DNA of 64,000 nt from a virus: positions 1 through 64,000 of the IMG/VR virus record IMGVR_UViG_3300036046_000003. One strand, given 5' to 3'. Below, piece by piece: positions 56,461 through 64,000 of the stretch. Made by a program: the position numbers and the translations under genes. The stretch's first letter is position 1; the number at the start of each line of letters is the position of its first letter. The notes beneath the pieces were generated by a model, which saw only the letters and a list, made by a program, of their open reading frames with translations, had not been told where the DNA came from and did no database searches.

Positions 56461-58281
56461 TTATTCCTGACTTTTGTGTTGCTGCGCGGTTTCCACAACA
56501 ATTTTTACCGCCTCAAACTCGTATCGAAGCCGCTGGTACGCACGTCCGCCGGTAACGCCTGTAGTCTTTTTTAGCGCCGTTGCTACCTCATTTCCGTTTG
56601 TTTTGTAGACCTGCAAAGTTTTGACTAGTACCTTCCGGTTTTCCGCAGATAGCCTTCGAAACACCAAAAGCGCCTCCTTAAAGCTAGTTGGTACAAACTG
56701 ACCTTCCCCCCTGAAAGGGCCGGAAGGCGCATTGTTACGCCTTGGAAGGTCATCGGAAGAGGAAGGCGACCCAGCTACCGCCAAGTTACCCACAGGTCTA
56801 CCTTCCGCCTTGCCTTCCGTGTTATTTACCGACCCTTCCAACAGTTCCGCCAGAAGGCATAGGCTATCCTCCGAAACCTCCCTGTTTGGCGCTTCGTTCG
56901 CTTGTACCCCCGCGAAGCCTGGATACGCAGGTGCCGCTATACTTTTCCGTGGAAGTCCCTCTACAATTTCGTCAAATCGGTCTTCGTTTGCTTCGGGGTC
57001 GCCGCGAAATATCGGCGTTCGCAGCAGCGTAAACTCCCCGCGAACTTTTGCCACAAAAACCCCCCGCTCCTGTGGCGGCGGTGGAATTTTGCTCGGTCGA
57101 AACGGCAGTGCGGTAGTGTCGCGTACTCCTAATGCTGGGCCGTCCTGAGAGCCGTCCACTAGCGCCCCAGCAAGCACCGTAGAGAGGTTCATTCGCCAAT
57201 CCAGACCCTTTCCTGTTGGCGTTTGCATAGATACCAACACCCGGATACCCAACGACCTCGCTTTGCTGACCAGGGCCGCCAAAAGCGCTTCCACTTCCCC
57301 TGTTATCGCGTCCATTACGTCCGTGACCACCACCACAAGCAGCGGCAGCTCAGCGACCCCGCCTTGCGCCGCCCGTTTGTTGTACTGTTCTCGCGTTCGG
57401 CAGCCCGCCGAAACAAGCAACTCCTGGCGGCGCTCGGCCTCGGCGTCAATGACCTTGCAAGCCATTAGAATAGCTTCGCGGCCCTTTTTACCGTAGCCCC
57501 CCGCAGGCGGAAAGAACATATGAGACAGCCCCGACAGGGCGGGCACTAACCAATCTGATTTACCGTCCAGGAACGCAAACTGTAGCGTTTCCGGCCCGTT
57601 TCGGCTCGCCAAAAGCGCGAACCAACAGCGCAAGAGTGCGTCTTTTCCCGCCCCGCTCGTACCGTAAATACCTATATGAAGCAAATCCAGGGCAAGATCG
57701 CCCCACACCTGCTTTCCGAGATAATCTGTGCCCAACGGCACTGCGGTTGTGCTGGCAGGAAACGGCTGAAACTCACCCAAAAGCACGCGCTTTGGAAGTG
57801 CGTTTAGTGCAGAAGCCATTGACGCCGAGGGGCTTTGCAAGCCAGCAGGACGGCTTGCCGCGCCTTTTAGACCGTCGTCATCTTCCCGGCCACGCCCCTT
57901 CGACCTCTCCGGGGGCACAGCCGAGGTTTGAGCCGTTGCTACGGCTTGCGAAGTCGTAGCGCTGGGCGGCGTTTTTGCCGCTAGTTCTTTTCGAGCGGGG
58001 GCGGACAAGCGCGCCGGTGTAGTCTCTACCAGCCGCACCAATCCCGGCCAGGAACCTTGCGCGTACGTATTCCGGGCCACCTGACGTGGGTCAATGGCTA
58101 AGGCTTTGCAAACGGCGGCGGCGACGGAGGGCGAACGGCGAAGAAAGTATTGACCGAGCGGCAGCAGGAAAAGAGGAGCTGCCCCAGCGGCTCCCCCTGC
58201 CACACCGATAGCCGCAAGCAAAATATCGGTCGCGTCGAATGGAGGTGGGTTTTTTGGCTTGTTCTCTATCGAAGTTTCCAT
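56461..58281 (-). CDS. FtsK/SpoIIIE (TraB-like) DNA translocase
   Basis: N-terminal TM, VPLG, HIGIYGTSGAGK, FLDGK, E.ERR, PLLVVVVTD, KARSLGI.VLVS.Q.P. Confidence 0.85.
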   Translation of the reverse strand: METSIENKPKNPPPFDATDILLAAIGVAGGAAGAAPLFLLPLGQYFLRRSPSVAAAVCKALAIDPRQVARNTYAQGSWPGLVRLVETTPARLSAPARKELAAKTPPSATTSQAVATAQTSAVPPERSKGRGREDDDGLKGAASRPAGLQSPSASMASALNALPKRVLLGEFQPFPASTTAVPLGTDYLGKQVWGDLALDLLHIGIYGTSGAGKDALLRCWFALLASRNGPETLQFAFLDGKSDWLVPALSGLSHMFFPPAGGYGKKGREAILMACKVIDAEAERRQELLVSAGCRTREQYNKRAAQGGVAELPLLVVVVTDVMDAITGEVEALLAALVSKARSLGIRVLVSMQTPTGKGLDWRMNLSTVLAGALVDGSQDGPALGVRDTTALPFRPSKIPPPPQERGVFVAKVRGEFTLLRTPIFRGDPEANEDRFDEIVEGLPRKSIAAPAYPGFAGVQANEAPNREVSEDSLCLLAELLEGSVNNTEGKAEGRPVGNLAVAGSPSSSDDLPRRNNAPSGPFRGEGQFVPTSFKEALLVFRRLSAENRKVLVKTLQVYKTNGNEVATALKKTTGVTGGRAYQRLRYEFEAVKIVVETAQQHKSQE

Positions 58282-58309
58282 TTGCGCGTTTCCTTATGCG
58301 GCTGCTTGC

Positions 58310-58886
58310 AAGTCACTCTAGTGGCTTGCGCGCCTCGTCTTGGTGGGTGCATTGTATCCTTTCGCGCCGCAGCTGTCTACTATATCTCCGCAACCCGTCG
58401 CGTTTTAAGCCACTCTAGTGGCTTGCAAGCCGTTTTACCCCGGTAGTGCGCTCAAATCGGGGTTTAAGCCACTCTAGTGGCTTGCAAGGTCGCTTGCAGC
58501 CGTCGATTTTCACCGCCACCAGGCCCCAAAACGGGCTTTTCGTGCGTTTCCCTGGTGGTAGGCCCACAAAGAACGCCTCTCGGGGGCTGTCCCAAGAGGC
58601 GTTTTAAGCCACTCTAGTGGCTTGCAAGCCGTTTTACCCCGGTAGTGCGCTCAAATCGGGGTTTAAGCCACTCTAGTGGCTTGCAAGGTCGCTTGCAGCC
58701 GTCGATTTTCACCGCCACCAGGCCCCAAAACGGGCTTTTCGTGCGTTTCCCTGGTGGTAGGCCCACAAAGAACGCCTCTCGGGGGCTGTCCCAAGAGGCG
58801 TTTTAAGCCACTCTAGTGGCTTGCAAGCCGTTTTACCCCGGTAGTGCGCTCAAATCGGGGTTTAAGCCACTCTAGTGGCTTGCAAG
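58310..58886. repeat. 199-bp tandem array (~2.4 units) holding six exact and one degenerate copy of a 26-nt palindrome
   Basis: TTTAAGCCACTCTAGTGGCTTGCAAG at 58404, 58463, 58603, 58662, 58802, 58861; variant at 58310. Confidence 0.95.
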
Positions 58887-58891
58887 GACTC

Positions 58892-59587
58892 TTAGGCCCG
58901 CCCGGCGGTGCGTGCGTCGCCTCGCCCGGTTTCTGGCGCGCCTTTCATTGCGTTCAGAATAAGCACAATACCGGCGGCAAGAAACAAAATAAAGGCCATT
59001 TCCATAACCAGGGACGCGATTAACGTCATTACGAGCTTGGCGGCAATACCAAGACCGCCAGCAAACGGCCCCGCCCACAAGAGCGCGCCCCGGTCAATGT
59101 ACGTCTGGACGAAGAGCGCCGAACGCTCTAAGTCGGTGATAAAATCAAACACGATAAAGGCGTACACGAGCCATTCAATAAAGGTAATCCCCGCCCGCGC
59201 CAACCGCGCCCCGAACAATTCCAACAGCGTTGGAAACAACGAAACGAGGGTGCCCACCATAACGGCCCACTGTGGCGAAACCAAACCGTAGCTGCTTTCC
59301 ACCGCCCGGCGGGCTTCGGCCAGCCAATCGTAGGTACTCTCCAAGTCAAAGTAGTAGGCAAGGCCACCACAGATACTAGCGATAGCGAGAAACGCGATAC
59401 CGCTAATCATCGCCGAACGCCCTGTAGTACCGCGTACCGCCTTGAACGCTCGTTCAAGATTTTCGCTCAGGTCAAGCCAGCCGAGAAAGTCCCCGTTTCT
59501 GCCAAAAGCCGCATAGAGCAAACCCGCAATCGCCAAAAAAACAAGCCAATCGAAGGGGCCGTAACCGTTAAAAGGATTGTACAGCAC
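58892..59587 (-). CDS. Multi-pass membrane protein
   Basis: Five to six hydrophobic segments; AGAGGAG RBS. Confidence 0.7.
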   Translation of the reverse strand: MLYNPFNGYGPFDWLVFLAIAGLLYAAFGRNGDFLGWLDLSENLERAFKAVRGTTGRSAMISGIAFLAIASICGGLAYYFDLESTYDWLAEARRAVESSYGLVSPQWAVMVGTLVSLFPTLLELFGARLARAGITFIEWLVYAFIVFDFITDLERSALFVQTYIDRGALLWAGPFAGGLGIAAKLVMTLIASLVMEMAFILFLAAGIVLILNAMKGAPETGRGDARTAGRA

Positions 59588-59672
59588 TGAGTTCTCCTCT
59601 GGTTTTGCGAAGTATTACTCCGCAGGTACGATAAGTAAAGAGCGCCCCTTTCGGAGCGCCGGAAGGTTTAGC

Positions 59673-60188
59673 TTACTTTTGTAGGTCTGCCTTCGCCAAC
59701 TGAACGATAGCGAGCATAAGCGCCACCACCTTGCGGCGCTCGCCAATCGGAATATCGTCCAGTTCTCGGGCTACTGGACTAAAATCCCCGGCGCTAGGTA
59801 GCTTGTAATTGCGTATGTCAACCTCATCAAACCACCCATCAGCTAAGCCAAACTCTAGTGGATTACAGCCAATAACCTCCGCAATCCTGCGGAACGTTTG
59901 CGGTTTTGCTTTAGAGCGGCCACTAAGAATGGCCGACAAAAAGCCCCGCGAAAGCGGTTCCTCCACCACGGTCGCGGCTTCCCCCTCTACCCGGGTATCA
60001 ACAGGCCGCTTTGCCCTGGCGGCCACGTCCGATACGTTCAACCCCAGCGTTCTGTCGGCGTATAAGAGCCAATAGCCCAGGCAGAGGGTTAAGTCCTCTA
60101 GCCGATGTTCGTGAAGGTACGCGAACAGCGCGTCGGTATTGCGCCCATAGGTCGCCTCTGCGGCGCGATATTTACTTTCTACTGCCAC
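59673..60188 (-). CDS. XRE-family HTH regulator (candidate repressor)
   Basis: GL.VSDVA.R[insert]LSRGFLSAILSG...P......IA..IG. Confidence 0.7.
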   Translation of the reverse strand: MAVESKYRAAEATYGRNTDALFAYLHEHRLEDLTLCLGYWLLYADRTLGLNVSDVAARAKRPVDTRVEGEAATVVEEPLSRGFLSAILSGRSKAKPQTFRRIAEVIGCNPLEFGLADGWFDEVDIRNYKLPSAGDFSPVARELDDIPIGERRKVVALMLAIVQLAKADLQK

Positions 60189-60201
60189 CTCCTCCTACTT
60201 T

Positions 60202-61086
60202 CTACACCGGAACAGAAACCGCAGCGGGTCGCGTCGCCGGTTTCTCGCCGCGCCGCCGCAAATACAAACCCTCTAACCGCGCCGTTGCCTGCGCCGTATA
60301 GCGCTGCGTCGTCTCACAACGCTTATGCCCTGCTATACGCCGTACCGCGTCAATATCCCCCCCGTTGGGGTCGTCCAGCAACTCGGTAAGCAGTTGGTGG
60401 CGGAACAAATGAGGGTGAACGTCCGGGCGACCTACAACCGCGCCCAGCTCTGTAACAAGCTGCCGTACCCGTTGGTCGCTCAACTCAAACAAGCGCCCCG
60501 TTTTCGGAAAGCCGCGCAGCGCAAGATAATGCCGAAGCGCCCCGGCTGTCTGGTGATCGAAATAGACTAGTCGCTCGTCTCCGCCTTTCCCCATTACCGT
60601 CGCCTTGCCCGCTTCGTCCGCGTGGCGGGGAAACTGCACGTTTTCGATACACAAACCCACGACTTCGCTTACGCGCCCGCCTGTGGCCCGCAACACCAGC
60701 AAAAGTGCCAGGTTACGCGCCCCCGCTACCGTAGTGGTGTCGCAAGCACAGCACATTCCCTCAAACTCTTCCGGCGAAAGCAACTGCGGAAGTACCAGCG
60801 GTACTTTAACCCCGCGAACGGCAAGCGCCGCCAATACGTCGCCGCTTAGTAGCTCCTCCGCCACCGCCCAGGTCAAAAACGCACGTGCTGCCGACAGTCG
60901 CCGGTTCACCGTCGCCGGTGCGTAACCCTGCTGTAGTGCTTGCCGGTACGCGGCTAGTTGCTTTGGTCGCAACTCCTCTACGCTGTATCCGTTATCGGAT
61001 AACCACTGAGAGAAGGCGCGGAGGTCAGCGGCGTAGGCGCGGCGGGTCTGCGGGGACTGTAGGGTATCGAGAAACCGGGGGAGCAT
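60202..61086 (-). CDS. Tyrosine recombinase, XerC/D-like
   Basis: S..T.RAY..DL, TGGRVSE, GKG, HPHLFRH, GH....T.RY. Confidence 0.92.
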   Translation of the reverse strand: MLPRFLDTLQSPQTRRAYAADLRAFSQWLSDNGYSVEELRPKQLAAYRQALQQGYAPATVNRRLSAARAFLTWAVAEELLSGDVLAALAVRGVKVPLVLPQLLSPEEFEGMCCACDTTTVAGARNLALLLVLRATGGRVSEVVGLCIENVQFPRHADEAGKATVMGKGGDERLVYFDHQTAGALRHYLALRGFPKTGRLFELSDQRVRQLVTELGAVVGRPDVHPHLFRHQLLTELLDDPNGGDIDAVRRIAGHKRCETTQRYTAQATARLEGLYLRRRGEKPATRPAAVSVPV

Positions 61087-61486
61087 AAAAGGAGCCTTTG
61101 CACTAACTGCACAAGTAGTATACGCGGTCTGTCAACTCTGCGCAACTGCGGCGTACTTTAGTCGGCGGGCGGCGGCGCGATCCCGTTCCTGGGCGCGGCG
61201 TTCTTTTGAGCGGGACGCCTCTACCGGCGGGTCTTCGTCCACGTACTCTTCTGCGGGGTTGTTTCGTTCACGCAGGCGGGGTTGCCGTTCTTTGCGAAGC
61301 ACCAGTGTCTCCTTTCCTACCGCCGCGTACGGGGCGGCTAGCTCGAAAAGTATACAGTTGCTTCGCAGCGGCGTCTATCGAACGGGTCGGAATTGAACCT
61401 ATTGCTAGTCGTTATCTCCGTAGACCGCCGAGGGGCTATTCCCTCTTGTGGGCAACCTAATGCGGGTTGCGTATACGGAGGGACGA

Positions 61487-63022
61487 ATGCCAGACGAGAC
61501 AGTCAACGGGAACCTTACGGTGACGGGGACGGTGTACGCCGATAACTTTAGAACAGCGGCGTCTGGTTTGCTTTCTATCGAAAAAGATAACGCTAAACTA
61601 AACCTGTCACGCAGCTCTAATGTTACAACGGCAAGCCTTAGTGTGGCTACTTCGGGCAGTATCGCGCTTGTCGCGGATAATGGAGAGACTATTGCTTCGT
61701 ATCGTGCTTTGGCACACCGCTTCTATTTGGGCGGCTCTGCGCAACCCTTTTTCATCGCGGATAACAACCGACTAGAGTATGTCACCTCCTATTACGACAA
61801 GTATAGCGTTACCGGCGATAATGAAGCCGGTCAGATTGAAGTAAACGCCGTAACAAGCGGAGGGGCAGAGGCGGTACTCCAATCATACGCTGCGCGCCAC
61901 GATTTTTTTGTTTTAGGCAACCACCGGGCTGCCTTTACCTCCGGATTAGAGCTTTATGGCGGGCAGGGAGCGGCCAGTGTCTCGGCGCGTAGTAATTCGG
62001 GTGGGGCCGCAATCCCGCTGGTGCTAAACGGCAGTGACGTTGCTGTTACTGCCCCTTTTAGTGCCCCGTCCGTGTTGGTTTTCGGCCAGGTCAGCGCTGG
62101 TAATCTAAGTACGGTTGGTTCGATTGCTGCGCCGGGTGTGCTTATCCAGAACCAAAATATCCAGGCAAACGGTTGGCTGGCCTCTCAGTCTTTGTCGGCA
62201 GACCAGCGGATTGAACTGCGATCTATTGACGGCGGTGGCGTTCGCGTTCGCGCCAGTAACTTTGCAAACAACGCGCTCCGTCCGCTAGACCTGGAAGCTA
62301 GTGTAGTGAGAACGCCAGGGTGGGTCTCTGTCGGAAGTGGCACACAGAACTATACGCCAACTGGCTCCACCTGGGCTACCGGCGGCGCTACCTTGCTGCT
62401 GAATGGCCTGGATACGACTTCGATTGCTTTTCACGACGCCAATAACCGCGTGGACGCAATTGTAGCGGGCGGCGGTCTGATGCGCGTTGGGCCGGATACC
62501 GGCTTTGGCCCTGCGAACGTTCAAACCTACGGCTTTACCGGCGCGGGCGGCGTTCCTCTTGCGAACCAGCGTATGCGCGTCTATTCTAGCGGCGATAACA
62601 GCGGTCACTTCCCTCTCGCCGTTGTGAATAGCGCAGGCAGCGCGGCGCTGATGTACGTTCGCGGCGATGGTTACGCCTGGACGAGCCAGCCGTGGGCTGT
62701 TGGCTCCGACGAACGCCTGAAAGACAAGGTTGAGCCGCTTGACGCTACCGCGCTAGAGAAGTTGGCCCAGGTTACGTTCCACCGCTACCAGCTTCGCGCA
62801 AACGGCCTCCCGCAAGTCGGGGTCATAGCGCAGGAGCTACAGCAGGTGTTCCCTGAACTGGTGAGCGAACACCACGACCCGGCCAACCCGAACGAGGCAC
62901 CGCTGCTGGCGGTCAACTATCAGGGTCTCGCGGTCTACCAGGGAGCCGCAATCCAGCAACTCGCCGCAAAGGTTGCGGGCTTGGAAGAGCGTCTGGCCGC
63001 ACTCGAAAAGCGCTTTGCCTAG
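61487..63022 (+). CDS. Second, isolated tail fibre/spike with S74 chaperone
   Basis: SDERLK, G.IAQE.Q.VFPELV, VNY.GL; 56-aa block shared with 35463-38072. Confidence 0.85.
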   Translation: MPDETVNGNLTVTGTVYADNFRTAASGLLSIEKDNAKLNLSRSSNVTTASLSVATSGSIALVADNGETIASYRALAHRFYLGGSAQPFFIADNNRLEYVTSYYDKYSVTGDNEAGQIEVNAVTSGGAEAVLQSYAARHDFFVLGNHRAAFTSGLELYGGQGAASVSARSNSGGAAIPLVLNGSDVAVTAPFSAPSVLVFGQVSAGNLSTVGSIAAPGVLIQNQNIQANGWLASQSLSADQRIELRSIDGGGVRVRASNFANNALRPLDLEASVVRTPGWVSVGSGTQNYTPTGSTWATGGATLLLNGLDTTSIAFHDANNRVDAIVAGGGLMRVGPDTGFGPANVQTYGFTGAGGVPLANQRMRVYSSGDNSGHFPLAVVNSAGSAALMYVRGDGYAWTSQPWAVGSDERLKDKVEPLDATALEKLAQVTFHRYQLRANGLPQVGVIAQELQQVFPELVSEHHDPANPNEAPLLAVNYQGLAVYQGAAIQQLAAKVAGLEERLAALEKRFA

Positions 63023-63027
63023 ACCGT

Positions 63028-63087
63028 AAAAAAGAAGCCCCCTTTACAGAGAACGAAACGTTCTGTAAAGGGGGCTTCTTTTTTTTT
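63028..63087. terminator. Bidirectional terminator
   Basis: A run, GAAGCCCCTTTACAGA...TCTGTAAAGGGGGCTTC, T run. Confidence 0.85.
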
Positions 63088-63135
63088 GTTAGCGGCTCCC
63101 CGCTACAAAGGCTACCGGCGGTTAGGCCGCTCTTT

Positions 63136-63405
63136 CTAAAGGGTCACTCCTATGGCCTGACACAACGATCCCGCCGTCCGCCTAAGAGCTTTTAGGCTTT
63201 CGCCGTTACAGGGGCGCACTTCCGCCGAGTAGAAGTTGACAAGATAACCCGCCATTAGAAATAGCGTTCGACTGTCGTCCGTCTCGATACGCACGCCGTC
63301 AGCGCCGGGGTGGCTCGAATAGCAGCCCCCAAAGCCCAGGGAAAGTATCGCGTTGACCGTGTGTACGTCAAATCCAGGGTAATACCGAACGAAGAAGCTG
63401 TACAT
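63136..63405 (-). CDS. Hypothetical protein
   Basis: TAATG coupling with AAGGAG RBS. Confidence 0.55.
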   Translation of the reverse strand: MYSFFVRYYPGFDVHTVNAILSLGFGGCYSSHPGADGVRIETDDSRTLFLMAGYLVNFYSAEVRPCNGESLKALRRTAGSLCQAIGVTL

Positions 63406-63773
63406 TAATAGGTCTCCTTAACTTCTACAAAATTCACACCCTCACTGTAGTAGCCGTTACTTTCGCCATACCAACGAAGCGTAACGTACCCCTTAATAGT
63501 GGCGAACTTATAGAACGTCCAAGTATAGCTACCCCAGTCATTTGTTCCGCCCTCGGAGACTTCCTCCGCCTGCAAAATCGGAGCGTCGGTAAGATCGTCC
63601 AAATTACCGATAACGTCCTCTAGGGTAACACTTTCGCAGCAGTCCTGGTCGTGAAACATTTTCCAGCGGCGTCCGTCCTTGCAGATAAACACCAACTCGT
63701 CGCCGTCCGTACTGCGGTGAATGGCCTCTAGCGTTACGCCCACCAATACACTAACGTCCTGATACTGCTGCAC
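63405..63773 (-). CDS. Conserved phage hypothetical protein
   Basis: H.QDCCE.V..EDV.G.L.DL, S.TWTFYK.AT.KGYVT.RW.GESNGYYSE.V pattern. Confidence 0.75.
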   Translation of the reverse strand: MQQYQDVSVLVGVTLEAIHRSTDGDELVFICKDGRRWKMFHDQDCCESVTLEDVIGNLDDLTDAPILQAEEVSEGGTNDWGSYTWTFYKFATIKGYVTLRWYGESNGYYSEGVNFVEVKETY

Positions 63774-64000
63774 TACCCGACCTCCCCTTGGTAAGTAAAT
63801 TCGGCTGCGTCGAAGTCATTTTTCAGCTCGTCCAACGGGCGACGGTAAGGCGGTTCGTCTCCCGAATACGAATAGTCTAGCTCGCTCGGCTCAGTCCTAC
63901 GGCGGCCACTGACAGGGAACTCACAAAAGGTAGTCGCGGGTTGACCTTCCATAGCGCCTCCAAGTCCGAAACTTTTTCGCTGCGGCCAATACCCGATAGA

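Noticed and set aside
58404-58886. Canonical CRISPR array
   Set aside because: The spacers are repeated identically and alternate between 33 and 114 nt; there is no cas operon. Kept as a repeat array.
61375-61410. tRNA fragment or attP next to the tyrosine recombinase (GGTTCAATTCC on the - strand)
   Set aside because: The T stem is poor and no acceptor stem or CCA can be built.
37434-62521. Diversity-generating retroelement (template/variable repeat pair) in the fibre genes
   Set aside because: No reverse transcriptase in the window; differences are mainly synonymous and not adenine-specific.

Overview
The window is almost all one tailed-phage genome or prophage; no host genes or genome ends are visible. 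The + strand runs through replication and recombination genes (PolA-family polymerase, Cas4-like nuclease, dNMP kinase, large serine recombinase). These are followed by a T4-like head module (TerL, gp20-like portal, gp21-like protease/scaffold, gp23-like capsid), a glycan-modification cluster, a siphovirus-type tail and a lysis cassette. The - strand (40.5-61 kb) carries DnaB-like helicase, primase, methyltransferase, MazG-like and nucleotidase genes. It also carries a plasmid-like block of FtsK/TraB ATPase, membrane proteins, an XRE regulator and a tyrosine recombinase, and a second, isolated tail-fibre gene follows on the + strand. The main unexplained structures are non-coding. (i) Four dispersed, mosaic, hairpin-rich 0.5-0.7 kb elements, two of which bracket the tape-measure cassette. 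(ii) A 199-bp tandem array built from a 26-nt palindrome just upstream of the FtsK/TraB gene. (iii) At least 14 copies of a TGCA-N5-TGCA operator-like box. (iv) An aberrant 114-nt tRNA-Pro-like gene. A filamentous Chloroflexota host is suspected but unproven. All protein calls rest on motifs recognised by eye and on gene order; no database searches were run.
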